In this document: positions 8,926 to 18,944 of the stretch, piece by piece | Position numbering within the stretch: the first letter of the stretch is position 1 | How the letters are laid out: each line of letters starts with the position of its first letter | From: Spirochaetia bacterium | GTDB taxonomy: Bacteria > Spirochaetota > Spirochaetia > UBA9216 | Reading direction: 5' to 3' | Length of the DNA: 64,000 nt | Assembly: GCA_963677925.2 (NCBI GenBank) | Contig: CAXXYH010000004.1 | Span: 480,001 to 544,000 of the forward strand | The notes under the pieces: generated by a model | The model's input: the letters and a program-made list of their open reading frames with translations, nothing else | Databases searched by the model: none | Told to the model about the DNA's origin: nothing | Program-made: the position numbers and the translations under genes

Positions 8926-9430
8926 AAAGCGAATGATGTTCATTGCATCTGAGGATTACTATTTTATCACTTATTCAATTCTACTAATTCTCAAGCATCT
9001 TGATTGTTATACTGAAGAGAAAGCCTTGGCTGATAAGCAAAAATTAAATATGCTCTCAGAATTAGTATCAGACAGAAAATTACTAATCATTCTTGAGCGA
9101 TCTAAAAACCTACAAATTATTATTTCTCGGCCGGATATTAATTACCTTGAAGGTGCGTATGATGTAGTCCAAACGAGGACCGCATTGATAAATAGAGTTC
9201 TTTTTATATTAAATCATCATGACTATATAAGGTTTGGAGAAAAACAGAACGTTTATTTGAATGTAGAAAAAATTGACCATTCGTTCTTTGATGATGACGT
9301 TTTCCAGGATGAAATTGAGAATATAAGGAGAATAAAAAAGCTTTTTTCGCGTGTTAGAACAATGAGGTATGAGAGCCTTAAAGAAAGCGTGTTCTTAAGT
9401 AATGGAGTATTAGCATGGCCGGCCTTATAA
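8915..9430 (+). CDS. lmuC: Lamassu/ABC-3C middle component
   Basis: About 170-aa helical protein overlapping both neighbours; TTG at 8915 after GGAGG (ORF track starts at 8897). Confidence 0.7.
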   Translation: MNPKKRMMFIASEDYYFITYSILLILKHLDCYTEEKALADKQKLNMLSELVSDRKLLIILERSKNLQIIISRPDINYLEGAYDVVQTRTALINRVLFILNHHDYIRFGEKQNVYLNVEKIDHSFFDDDVFQDEIENIRRIKKLFSRVRTMRYESLKESVFLSNGVLAWPAL

Positions 9431-11340
9431 TAAAGAACGTTATCTATGAAGGTGAAAATTATCGGTTTAAATCACCTGATTTGACAACAGGATTAAATAT
9501 AATCGAAGGTCCTAATGGAACTGGAAAAACCACATTTATTCAGCTTATCTACTTTGCATTGGGTGGGAAAGTAAAACGATTTGATGATAATAATGAGGAT
9601 TTTCATAAAGAGATTATAGAGGACAAGAATAATCGAGTCAAACTTATCATTGATATAGATTTAACTGAATACACATTGATTCGAGACTTTAGTAAGAATG
9701 AAGTCATGGTTGTTTATAGTGATGGAGAAATAGAAGTATTTCCAATTACACGAAGGCAAAACAGAATCTTTTCAGATTGGTTATTGGATAAGCTAAATAT
9801 TAAAAATTTCGAACTTTACCAGGGTAGTTATCATGGAGTTATCAACATTACAGATTTGATGAGATTGGTGTACTATGACCAGACGTCTAAGACTGATAAC
9901 ATTTATAAAGATATTGATAATGATAGTTTTGTGACTAACTCTACTGAATTTAGAAAAGCAATATTTGAAATTTTAATTGGGGGTAATTATCAAGAATATT
10001 ACTCTTTATATTCAAAATTCAAGAAACTTGAAAAGAACCTTTCAGAAGAACGTGTTGCATTAAAACAATATAAGAATTTCTTAAGTGAAGTAAGTGAAGG
10101 TCGTGAACAGAAGAACTCCACAGCGCTTAAGAAAGAGATAGATGAACTTAATAAACAGAAAGAGAAATTATTAATACACCGTGAAAGGATTTCCTCAGAA
10201 AATGTATCAAAACAAGATGCTCAAGAACAATATGATGAACTTAAAACTGAACTTTCAACTTTGCGTATAGAGATTGATAATAATTATGAAGAAATGATTT
10301 CACTCAGTAATAAGAAAAAAACATTTTTAGAAGCTATAGGTGAATTTGAGCAAGAAATTAAAAAGATAAAGAAAATAATCCACACGAATGAAACGATTGG
10401 TCTATTTGAACCTGATATATGTCCAATATGTTTACGAGAAGTATCAAGGGATGCTGATCACTGTATATGTGGAAAAGAAATTAAAGAAGATGAGTATGAA
10501 AGATTTTTCTATGATACAAGAGAGTATAAAGAATTACTAAAAGAAAAGAAGCGCAACATTCTTACCCTTCACGAAAGTATTGATATTATCAATCAGGATT
10601 TAACAAGATATAAAACTCATTATGATGCTTTATTAGAAACAGAAAACAACCTGAAAGGGGATTTGAAATCCTTTGTAGATAAGATTAGAAATACAGATAT
10701 TGTTAATGAAATCAGTAAGATTGATTCCAATGTATTTGTAATTAATTCTCAAGTCTCAAATCTAACTAACTATTATAAGTTTGAACAAAAAAGACAGAAG
10801 AAAGAAAAAGATGTTGATAGTGCTCAAAAAAAGTATGACAAGGTTAAACGTAGTTTAGATAAAGCCCTAATTGAAGCACAGGAAGATTTGGAGTTGAAGG
10901 TACAAGAATTCAATAAGATTTATGAGGATTTGATGGTTGCAAATGTTGATTTATGTCGAACTGTCCGATTAAGCACCAGCTATCAACCAATTATTAATAA
11001 TGGCGAAGCTATGCCCGCAAGTATCAATGTTCATAAGAGGTTTTTGTTTTTTTCAACTTTGCTGTCTTTATCATTAAATCATGATATACCCTTTCCTCGG
11101 ATTTTATTAATAGATACACCACAAAATCTTGGTATTGATCCCGAGCACCTTAATGAGCTTATTACGTCACTCTATACGATCCTCACTACAGGTAAGAAAA
11201 CAGGTCAGGTGATTATGACGACAGGCCGAGGGCGATATCCTGACAGCTTAAGTGAACTTAGTCTGTTAAAGTTGAGTGAAGAAAATCGTTTATTAAAAAG
11301 TTCCGAACCAGTAGAACCCGACGAAAAAAATGGAGATTAA
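9415..11340 (+). CDS. lmuB: Lamassu/ABC-3C SMC/Rad50-like ATPase
   Basis: Walker A GPNGTGKT, Q-loop YYDQ, long coiled coils, central CPIC zinc hook (plus HCICG), Walker B ILLIDTP. Confidence 0.85.
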   Translation: MAGLIIKNVIYEGENYRFKSPDLTTGLNIIEGPNGTGKTTFIQLIYFALGGKVKRFDDNNEDFHKEIIEDKNNRVKLIIDIDLTEYTLIRDFSKNEVMVVYSDGEIEVFPITRRQNRIFSDWLLDKLNIKNFELYQGSYHGVINITDLMRLVYYDQTSKTDNIYKDIDNDSFVTNSTEFRKAIFEILIGGNYQEYYSLYSKFKKLEKNLSEERVALKQYKNFLSEVSEGREQKNSTALKKEIDELNKQKEKLLIHRERISSENVSKQDAQEQYDELKTELSTLRIEIDNNYEEMISLSNKKKTFLEAIGEFEQEIKKIKKIIHTNETIGLFEPDICPICLREVSRDADHCICGKEIKEDEYERFFYDTREYKELLKEKKRNILTLHESIDIINQDLTRYKTHYDALLETENNLKGDLKSFVDKIRNTDIVNEISKIDSNVFVINSQVSNLTNYYKFEQKRQKKEKDVDSAQKKYDKVKRSLDKALIEAQEDLELKVQEFNKIYEDLMVANVDLCRTVRLSTSYQPIINNGEAMPASINVHKRFLFFSTLLSLSLNHDIPFPRILLIDTPQNLGIDPEHLNELITSLYTILTTGKKTGQVIMTTGRGRYPDSLSELSLLKLSEENRLLKSSEPVEPDEKNGD

Positions 11341-11640
11341 TTTTCACATTCATAAAAATAACTAAATCTGCTAAGTCGACAAACAGTTCTAACGGAAGAC
11401 TGTAGACTGATATTGGAACAGGATGGCAATCAATATATGTATAACATAATTGATATTATGCTATATGAAAGCTTAGGTTTTATGTCGTACATATAGATAC
11501 TTTTTTCTAATCAAAATACAGAAAAATTTTGTCATTTGAGTTCATAGAGAAAAAACTACACAACAAGGAAGGGCTACCAAATTTAATTGTAGAAATATTT
11601 CTCAATTCAATTTCAAAGACATAGAGTGTAGTTATACAAA

Positions 11641-12138
11641 TTATTTAATATTGACTTTATATTTTTTTGTATCACTATCAAGTAATAAAAATTGTTCTTC
11701 GATATTGTCTTCTATTAGCTTTATACCATTTGAAATTTCATTGATGCTAATTGGAAAGATGAATTCAAACTGGTTGTCCTTCAGCATGTACTGTTGTTTG
11801 CCATTGGTGGAGATAGTTCCCAGATATGAAAAACGGGAAGTATCGTAGATTGTGACTGCCTGCTGTGGTACGAGTTCTTTGGTTTCTGCTGGTTGTAAAT
11901 TGACTACCTTATAAAACATCTTCTCCAAATAACTTGTAGAGATCTCTTTTTTTGGGGATATCTCTGTTGTTTTGGGTTCAATTTTGGAAGATATTAATTG
12001 AGAGGTAGTGACATTTTCAGTTTTTGTTGAATTGATAAATACCTCTGATGGAAAGATAAACAGAAATACAAGATATACAGCCGCCAACACAATCGCAGCA
12101 ATTAGGATTGTTTTTATTATAATTGTAAACCTTTTCAT
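11641..12138 (-). CDS. Bitopic membrane protein, candidate GspC/PilP-like T2SS component
   Basis: N-terminal TM, low-complexity linker, beta-rich C-term FSYLGTISTNGKQQYMLKD; last gene of the gsp operon (4-bp overlap). Confidence 0.5.
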   Translation of the reverse strand: MKRFTIIIKTILIAAIVLAAVYLVFLFIFPSEVFINSTKTENVTTSQLISSKIEPKTTEISPKKEISTSYLEKMFYKVVNLQPAETKELVPQQAVTIYDTSRFSYLGTISTNGKQQYMLKDNQFEFIFPISINEISNGIKLIEDNIEEQFLLLDSDTKKYKVNIK

Positions 12139-13226
12139 TCAAGTTCCTCTTCATAACGGATATTGCTGATTATCTGTATGATTCTTTGGCCCGAATTGCT
12201 TTCAGAACTGCTGCCCCCTGGGCGGTATGAAAGCTTTATGTCGGGAATTTCTGCGATGATGATTTCGTGCCTCTGATTATTAGTTCTTATTGTTATCTTC
12301 CAGAACCAGGTTTTTGTTCCAAGATAATCGAAGATGATATGGGGTTCATCCTTAACTGAAAAAATGGATTCAAGCTCACTTGTGTCCATTTCGCTTCCGG
12401 TTCTTCGCTGGATAATCGTGTTATAGGTCCTGTCAGGATAGGGCAGGGGATTATCCCCGAAATCATAGGATAGTATTTCTTTAAGAAGTTCCTCCGGGAT
12501 GAAATGGATGTTCATGACAGATCCCGCACAAATGAATGGATATAGTTTCCTTGTCGATGTCCCGAGTATGCTTTCAATCTCGTTGTTCGGGATGACGGTA
12601 TCGTTAATCCTTGCCGTTTGTATTTTCCGTCTGAAGGATTCGGCTTCGAAGTCCCTGCCGGTTCTTGCCTCAAAAAGCCCGGTAAGCGCAAGCTCGTCTG
12701 CAATGTTGATGTTCATGTAGCTGTGGATTGTGATGAAGTCTTCAAGCCCTTTGTCGGAGAAGTATTCCTCCGACAGTATTTGCGGATTTGATATCAGACC
12801 GAGATCATGTCGTAACTGTTCAATCTCAGCCATCGTATGGCTGTCTTTAAAGATAAGTTTACCGATGCCGGTTTCATCCGTAAGCTCATCACGAAAGAAG
12901 TTTGGATTGAACCTGCTTGAAATATCGTTAAGCTCAATTGAAAGCTCTTCTGTAATTAGTGAGCCGACGGTTTCCCATACCGGATCTGTTGGTGAATCGG
13001 ACCCGGGGGTATCATCGTAAAGAAGGCTTTCAATAATATCTTCAGTGATGTCCCGGATGAGCTTCTCCGTTTCGGTATCGGGAAGCCGGGTGACACTCCT
13101 TTTCGAGGATGCAATGAGGTATGACAGTCCGATAAAAAGGATTGAAAGAAAGATTATCAGCATGAACGCGTATGGGGTGGCAAAGCCTTCCCGGAATGAA
13201 TCAGCAGGCCTTCTATTCATTATCAT
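12135..13226 (-). CDS. gspK: T2SS minor pseudopilin, GspK-like
   Basis: REG/FATPYAFMLIIFLSIL prepilin-like N-term lacking E5; IELNDISSRFNPN and MNINIAD motifs; about 360 aa. Confidence 0.7.
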   Translation of the reverse strand: MIMNRRPADSFREGFATPYAFMLIIFLSILFIGLSYLIASSKRSVTRLPDTETEKLIRDITEDIIESLLYDDTPGSDSPTDPVWETVGSLITEELSIELNDISSRFNPNFFRDELTDETGIGKLIFKDSHTMAEIEQLRHDLGLISNPQILSEEYFSDKGLEDFITIHSYMNINIADELALTGLFEARTGRDFEAESFRRKIQTARINDTVIPNNEIESILGTSTRKLYPFICAGSVMNIHFIPEELLKEILSYDFGDNPLPYPDRTYNTIIQRRTGSEMDTSELESIFSVKDEPHIIFDYLGTKTWFWKITIRTNNQRHEIIIAEIPDIKLSYRPGGSSSESNSGQRIIQIISNIRYEEELE

Positions 13227-13728
13227 CCCCGTACCGAAGGGAATGGCTTCCAAAAAGAAGCTTGTACTCGTATGCATTACCGTGGGCATCAAAGAAGACG
13301 ATATTTATCCCAGCAGTTATTTCATCGACCATGACCGGTTCAAACTGTCCGTTTTTCAGGTTTTTATAAACGATCTGCAGCTCATCATTTCTTTCAACGG
13401 ATAATCCATCTTCACCGAATGAAAGCCTTAGAAACGAATCCCTGTTACCGTTTAGATAAGGGAGTTCAAGCAGTTTATTACTGCTGCCTGATTCAGGGTA
13501 CTCTTCCCAGAAGGGGATCTGAATCTCATTGAATGAGTCTTTTAAAAGCATGCCCGCCTGCATGGATTCGCGCAGGAAGATCTGCTTCTCTCTGACAGCA
13601 TTGAAACTTGAAAAAAGCTTCTGGCCGCCTATGAACAGCAGGAGCGAACCAAGCGATAGAATAAACACTGCAATAACGGTTTCTGTAAGGGTAAAGCCTT
13701 CTTCAAGCCGGGAGTACTTATTCATCAT
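13213..13728 (-). CDS. T2SS minor pseudopilin (GspJ-like)
   Basis: EEG/FTLTETVIAVFILSL class III signal peptide. Confidence 0.75.
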   Translation of the reverse strand: MMNKYSRLEEGFTLTETVIAVFILSLGSLLLFIGGQKLFSSFNAVREKQIFLRESMQAGMLLKDSFNEIQIPFWEEYPESGSSNKLLELPYLNGNRDSFLRLSFGEDGLSVERNDELQIVYKNLKNGQFEPVMVDEITAGINIVFFDAHGNAYEYKLLFGSHSLRYGDDNE

Positions 13729-13963
13729 AGTAAATAAACTTCTCCGTATCGATGAGTTCATTGTTTGCCGCAAGGTACTCAAGGTATGCCGCTTCCTGCC
13801 TGACTGATAAGCGGATTATCGATGAATACAGACCCGCGAACGAGATGATGAAGGCCGAAATTATTAAAACGGCGATGAGGGAATCAAGCAGGATGTAGCC
13901 ATGTGTAAGGCTATTGTGAAGGTTCTTTTTCTTCAATTTTCTGTTCCAGTTTCGTAATGGCAT
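13718..13963 (-). CDS. Short minor pseudopilin (GspI-like)
   Basis: THG/YILLDSLIAVLIISAFII class III-like signal with Asp at +5. Confidence 0.6.
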   Translation of the reverse strand: MPLRNWNRKLKKKNLHNSLTHGYILLDSLIAVLIISAFIISFAGLYSSIIRLSVRQEAAYLEYLAANNELIDTEKFIYYDE

Positions 13964-14480
13964 CGATCGAATATCCAGATTTTCTCAAAACTGCAATATA
14001 TTCCTTGCTTTCGGAATATCTGCCCTCATAGTAGCTGCACACAGCAGCCAGGTAGTATAGCACTGGATCATCTTCATCTATCTTGAAAGCCCTGGAAAGC
14101 AGCTTCTCAGCTTTTTCATAATCACGTTTTTTGATATTTGATTCAATCTCATTCCTGAAATAGGCCATCGATGACATCTTAAGGTACAGCACCTGTTTGG
14201 GATCGAAAAAATCAATCTCAGTTTCTATTGTTTCGAAACCCGGCTTTGTGATGCTTATCTGGTATTGCCCCTCTTTCAGCTCCGGGATTATGAACCTCCC
14301 ATCTATGTCAGTTGTGTATTCCTTATCGGAGTCGACCGTCACTGTTGCTCCGGCGATGGGGCTGCTGTAATTGTCGAATATGATTCCGGCAAGATTGGCC
14401 GGGAAGAAGTTTTCCGGTGTTGATGCACAGCCTGAAAAGATTAGCGCCAATACGGAAAAGATAATGTATCTCTTTTTCAT
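13911..14480 (-). CDS. Lipoprotein with carboxypeptidase-regulatory-like beta-sandwich and TPR repeat
   Basis: Lipobox FSGC; GIIFD..SSPIAGATVTV...TTDIDGRF...GQYQISITKPGF; TPR DYEKAEKLLSRAFKID..DPVLYYLAA. Confidence 0.8.
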   Translation of the reverse strand: MKKRYIIFSVLALIFSGCASTPENFFPANLAGIIFDNYSSPIAGATVTVDSDKEYTTDIDGRFIIPELKEGQYQISITKPGFETIETEIDFFDPKQVLYLKMSSMAYFRNEIESNIKKRDYEKAEKLLSRAFKIDEDDPVLYYLAAVCSYYEGRYSESKEYIAVLRKSGYSIDAITKLEQKIEEKEPSQ

Positions 14481-15007
14481 GGGTTTTCCTTAGTAAAAGA
14501 TTGAACGGTTACAAAATTGATCATCAAAGACAGGTTGTAGATGTTCTTTGCAGAATTATAGCTTAATGAAACTTGGTCGACATCGATCTTCTTTTTATAA
14601 TTGTACAGGAACTGAAGGTATTCGAGGATGGACCTGATTTCGCCATCGGCCGAAATATTGATGCGCTTTGGATCTGATGATTCGTTTGTGCTGTAATTGC
14701 TTACCGTAACTCGCCTGTTCTTTGCAGCATCGATAACAAGATCGCAGAACTCGTAAAACTTGATCTCATCCTCCGAGAAGAGGGAGGATGCAAGCTTATC
14801 ATAGTTCTGCTGAGACTGCTCGTGTTCTTTTGATAGATCTATATACCCGGTTTGTACCGATGCAAGACTGATATTTTCATTGCCGAGCCTTGATAATTTT
14901 TCCTTATTGCTGTTTATGCTGTTAAGGTTCCAGCTGATAAAGAGTATTATGGGAACGAGCAGGGTGAGCATCAGAATCTTCAACATGAGCAGTCTTTGTC
15001 TATCCAT
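14477..15007 (-). CDS. GspM/PilO-like inner-membrane platform protein
   Basis: TM, coiled coil, ferredoxin-like C-term (INISADGEIRSILEYLQFLY..KKKIDVDQVSL); follows the GspL-like gene. Confidence 0.65.
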   Translation of the reverse strand: MDRQRLLMLKILMLTLLVPIILFISWNLNSINSNKEKLSRLGNENISLASVQTGYIDLSKEHEQSQQNYDKLASSLFSEDEIKFYEFCDLVIDAAKNRRVTVSNYSTNESSDPKRINISADGEIRSILEYLQFLYNYKKKIDVDQVSLSYNSAKNIYNLSLMINFVTVQSFTKENP

Positions 15008-15968
15008 TGAACCGCCCCGATAGTGAGAAACGAAACCCCTCATCATCGTCCTGAATCCTCTGAATGCTTACATCGGAGAACATACCGTTTTTCGAAAGGC
15101 TGTCCGAAACATCGATTGGATTTCTGCTGACAGCTTCCATAGAGAAGGATTTGTTCTGTACCGATATCCTTCTAATCTTGATATCGCCCCCGACAATACT
15201 GTACAGCTCTGTTAAAAGTACATACGGACTGTTTATTTCTTCAGACTCAAATGCATCAATGCTGGATGTGATTTTTGAGATCTCTTTTTCAAGCTCGGTG
15301 TTCTGGGCCTGATACTGGACAATGCGGTTTTGCATTGAGATTCGTTTTGAAACCTCCGTATCTAAAAGTGCCGAGTACTTAAAACTGATGCCGCCAGCCA
15401 GCAGAAGCAGGCTTCCGGCAAGAATATAGAACTCAATGAAGCTGAACGCCCTGCTGTTTCTGATTCTTTTAAAACGGTGGAAATCTGTGAACCGGGGAGT
15501 TTTTAAAATCAGACTTTGATCTAATTGCAGCGGGCTGTCCTCGGGCTTATCCAGGAATATCCATCTTGTGTTGATATCCGGAACTGATAATTCGGAAGCC
15601 CTCAGATCGCTCAACTGGGAACGCTGCGGTATTCCATCTTTTATGAAGATCCTCTCGATAAGTTTTCCATGGGAAATACAGAGGCATTCAATTTCATCAA
15701 GTTTTCCCGAAAGCCCCGGAAGTATGAATGCCGGAATCACCGGTTTTCTTTTTCCAAAATCAGCCGAAGCCGCCTTTGTGATAAAAACGATTACAGCGGT
15801 ATTGGTTCCGAATATCCGGTAGATATATTCATATGCACCGTTGTTTCCAGGATATATGGAATGAATCTTTGAGTCTACGTAATCATCAAGAGATTGAGTT
15901 TCCTTGTCTTTGGGTATATCCAGAAAGCGGACATCGTAATGCTCCCTGGATAAGATATAATCAGACAT
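15000..15968 (-). CDS. GspL/PilN-like inner-membrane platform protein
   Basis: Cytoplasmic N-domain, single TM, coiled coil, PilN-like C-term (LLTELYSIVGGDIKIRRISVQNKSFSMEAVS...FSDV). Confidence 0.7.
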   Translation of the reverse strand: MSDYILSREHYDVRFLDIPKDKETQSLDDYVDSKIHSIYPGNNGAYEYIYRIFGTNTAVIVFITKAASADFGKRKPVIPAFILPGLSGKLDEIECLCISHGKLIERIFIKDGIPQRSQLSDLRASELSVPDINTRWIFLDKPEDSPLQLDQSLILKTPRFTDFHRFKRIRNSRAFSFIEFYILAGSLLLLAGGISFKYSALLDTEVSKRISMQNRIVQYQAQNTELEKEISKITSSIDAFESEEINSPYVLLTELYSIVGGDIKIRRISVQNKSFSMEAVSRNPIDVSDSLSKNGMFSDVSIQRIQDDDEGFRFSLSGRFNG

Positions 15969-16408
15969 CAGTTATCCCAGGAGGTAATATCCTTGTTCAG
16001 ATCTTCCCCGCCTTCAAGCCCGTCGGCTCCAAATGATCTTATCCCGAAGGGCAGTCCATTCGGGCCGGGAACCGTGTACTCAAACTCGTTTCCCCACGGA
16101 TCTGCAGGCACTTCCTTTTCAAGGTAGGGGCCGTTCCAGTCCTCGGGAACCGGTGAGATATTCGTCTTCTTCCACAGGGCATCGAGGCCCTGATCCTGTG
16201 AAGGAAACTGCTTGTTGTCAAAGAAGTAGGAGTTAAGTGCCAGACTCAGGTTTTCGATCTGGGTCCTGGCCGTAACTACCTTTGCCTTGTCTATGTATTT
16301 GAAGGCCATAAATCCTACAGAGCTTGTGAGTATTAAAACGATTGCAATGACAATCAATGTTTCAACGAAAGTCCAGCCTTCTTCAAGTTTCTTCTTTATC
16401 TCTTTCAT
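15968..16408 (-). CDS. gspG: T2SS major pseudopilin GspG
   Basis: EEG/WTFVETLIV; ALNSYFFDNKQFPSQDQGLDAL; WNGPYL; DPWGNEF; SFGADGLEGG. Confidence 0.95.
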   Translation of the reverse strand: MKEIKKKLEEGWTFVETLIVIAIVLILTSSVGFMAFKYIDKAKVVTARTQIENLSLALNSYFFDNKQFPSQDQGLDALWKKTNISPVPEDWNGPYLEKEVPADPWGNEFEYTVPGPNGLPFGIRSFGADGLEGGEDLNKDITSWDN

Positions 16409-16423
16409 AAAATCTCCAAATTT

Positions 16424-17476
16424 CTATGCTATCGTACCGAAGAGCGAAAACAGCGGCACAATAAAATTGAGGATGAGGTATATAATTATCGCTCCCACAA
16501 GGATGGTGAGCAGAGGTTCGATTACTCCAAGCAGTCTGGTCGTAAGGTTTTCAATCTCGGATTCGTAGTAGATTCTAAGCTGGGCGAATACAAGCTCCGT
16601 CTGTCCCGTATTCTCCCCGATGCCAGTCCACTGTATCATCCGCGAAGGAATTTCCTTATGGACCGAGAATGCCTTGTGAAGGCCTCGGCCAGAAACGAGA
16701 TCTCGGTTTACCGATGTGAATATCTCCTTAAGCCTTGCGTTGCTGCAAACCTCCTTTGCCTCAAGGACAGCGGAGGATAACGGGATGCCGTGCTTTGTGA
16801 GGGTTTCAACCGCAAAGGTAAAATTGAATATGTCTATTGTCTTAACAATATCAGAGACAAAAGGAAGCCTCAGTATCAGTTTATCCGTTGCCGATTTTAC
16901 ACGCTCAGCTCTCCGTCTGATAACCGCGGTTGCTGCAAACAGCAGGATTAGAAGGATCAACCCAAGGCCAGTAAGCTTTAGCCCGGTTATTCTTGCCTGA
17001 AAGGATTCGAGCTGAGAACCATTTCCAGCAATCTCGCTAAACAGCTCCTCTATCTTTGGGATTCCGAAGAGCATCAGAAAGAAGAGCCCTGTAAAAAGCA
17101 TTACAAGCACCATCAACGGATAGATGGAAGCGTTTATGAACTTGTCACGGACCTTTTTATTCCTTTCAAGGTAGGTCTTAAGTGTAGGCAGGATTGTGGA
17201 TAATGAGCCTATCCGATCGCCGATGTTTACAAGCCCGCTGTACAATGGCGGAAGGCTGTAATTGCCCTTTTCGAAGAGGCTTGAAAGTGAGTTTCCCTTC
17301 TTTAGTCCCTGTTGGAGGTACTCAGTCAGTTCCCTAAGCCTCTTCCCTGATGTGAAGCTGTTAATCATCTGAATCGAGTTGTATACCGAAAGCCCCGAGT
17401 TAAGCAGAAGCGAGAGGTTTGAAGTGAAATCAAGCAGCTCGCGTGTTTTAAGGCGTTTTGCTTTATTATTACTCAT
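16424..17476 (-). CDS. gspF: T2SS inner-membrane platform protein GspF
   Basis: Two T2SSF repeats: LLLNSGL, ASIYPL, GENTG, IEPLLTI. Confidence 0.93.
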   Translation of the reverse strand: MSNNKAKRLKTRELLDFTSNLSLLLNSGLSVYNSIQMINSFTSGKRLRELTEYLQQGLKKGNSLSSLFEKGNYSLPPLYSGLVNIGDRIGSLSTILPTLKTYLERNKKVRDKFINASIYPLMVLVMLFTGLFFLMLFGIPKIEELFSEIAGNGSQLESFQARITGLKLTGLGLILLILLFAATAVIRRRAERVKSATDKLILRLPFVSDIVKTIDIFNFTFAVETLTKHGIPLSSAVLEAKEVCSNARLKEIFTSVNRDLVSGRGLHKAFSVHKEIPSRMIQWTGIGENTGQTELVFAQLRIYYESEIENLTTRLLGVIEPLLTILVGAIIIYLILNFIVPLFSLFGTIA

Positions 17477-18942
17477 ATCACCCTCTCTATTTCAGATAAG
17501 TCGGTGATGCCTTCCATGGTTTTTTGAAGCCCGTTTTTAAAAAGTACTGAAAACTCTTCTTTTTCAAGTTGTGCAGAAAGGGTGTTGTTGGGCGAGTTTC
17601 TGACTATCAGCTCTTCGAGCTCTGGTGATGTTACAAAGCATTCTGCAACCGTAGTTCGTCCCGAATAACCTGTATAGTTACATTTGAGGCAGCCCTGATG
17701 GTGAAAGCTTGAATCGGTCTCGAGTCCGTATTTTGCATAGATGGACCTTTGGGCGTTTGAGAGTTTCTTTTCTGTTTTACAATCAGGGCAGAGAACCCTG
17801 ACCAGCCTCTGGGCAACCGCGCCCCGAAGAACCGCCGCAAGCAGGTATGATTCGACCCCCATATTGATGAGCCTGTGAACGGATGATACTGAATCATTGG
17901 TATGAAGTGATGAAAGAACAAGATGTCCCGTTAGGGCGGCCCGGACAGCAAGTTGTGCGGTATCGGAATCTCTTATTTCTCCGACCATAATGATATTCGG
18001 ATCCTGCCTTAGAACACGGCGAAGAAGTGAATGGAACGTAAGTCCTATTTCATCATTCGTCTGAATCTGGTTGATCCCATCTATTCTGTATTCGACAGGA
18101 TCTTCAATTGTCACGATCTTGTTTGACTTATGATCAAGGTTTCTGATTATGGCATTCAGGCTTGTGGTTTTTCCCGAACCCGTAGGTCCGGTAAACAGAA
18201 CAAGACCATGCGGCTGATTATACAGATGGGTAATACTGGCTTTCACGGAATCGGAAAAACCAAGATCCTCAATCCCGAGAAGCGAGCCCTTCCTGTTGAA
18301 AAGCCGGAGTACTATTGATTCACCTCCGGTAATAGGAACGATGGAAAGCCGCATGTCAAGTTCTACACCGGCAATGCCAACCGAAATACGGCCGTCCTGC
18401 GGCAGCCTTCTTTCCATAATATTGAGGTCTGCCATAATCTTGATTCGGCTTGATACAGGTGAAAAGTATGATGCATCGTATTCCATTACCGGCACTAGCA
18501 CACCGTCAATACGGTAGCGTATAGTAAGTTTGTCTGAACGGCCTTCGATATGAATATCCGATACTTTTTTCTGGATGGCCTCGATGAAGATCGAGTTGAC
18601 TAGGTTGATTATAGGCGCGTCATCTGCAAAGGTGTCGATCTCTATATGGTTGTTTACGCCCGCAGAAGATTCGTAGCCCGAAGCCCCTGATAACGCCCTT
18701 CCGAGGTAAATTGTAAAATCCTCCGGTTCAATCTCTACAAACTCGACCTTTCCTCGATGAAAATCTTCTATCTCATCGATCAGTTCCCGGCTATACGGTT
18801 GGCATATACCGATTATCGATAGTCCTTCGTTGTTTACTCCGAGCTGAAGCACCTTGTTTTTCTCCATGAACTTAATGGCATATTGTTCATGAAGCGGGGG
18901 AAGAGGCTCAAATTCCTTTATGGATGACTTTCTGATATTCAT
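17473..18942 (-). CDS. gspE: T2SS secretion ATPase GspE
   Basis: SDIHIE, RLPQDGR, GPTGSGKTT, TIEDPVEY, LRQDPNIIMVGEIRD, TGHLVLSSLH, CPDC/CLKC. Confidence 0.96.
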   Translation of the reverse strand: MNIRKSSIKEFEPLPPLHEQYAIKFMEKNKVLQLGVNNEGLSIIGICQPYSRELIDEIEDFHRGKVEFVEIEPEDFTIYLGRALSGASGYESSAGVNNHIEIDTFADDAPIINLVNSIFIEAIQKKVSDIHIEGRSDKLTIRYRIDGVLVPVMEYDASYFSPVSSRIKIMADLNIMERRLPQDGRISVGIAGVELDMRLSIVPITGGESIVLRLFNRKGSLLGIEDLGFSDSVKASITHLYNQPHGLVLFTGPTGSGKTTSLNAIIRNLDHKSNKIVTIEDPVEYRIDGINQIQTNDEIGLTFHSLLRRVLRQDPNIIMVGEIRDSDTAQLAVRAALTGHLVLSSLHTNDSVSSVHRLINMGVESYLLAAVLRGAVAQRLVRVLCPDCKTEKKLSNAQRSIYAKYGLETDSSFHHQGCLKCNYTGYSGRTTVAECFVTSPELEELIVRNSPNNTLSAQLEKEEFSVLFKNGLQKTMEGITDLSEIERVI

Positions 18943-18944
18943 GA

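Noticed and set aside
7693-11340. Wadjet, SbcCD or CBASS
   Set aside because: Three genes only; no JetD/Toprim, no Mre11-like phosphoesterase and no CD-NTase; the layout matches Lamassu/ABC-3C
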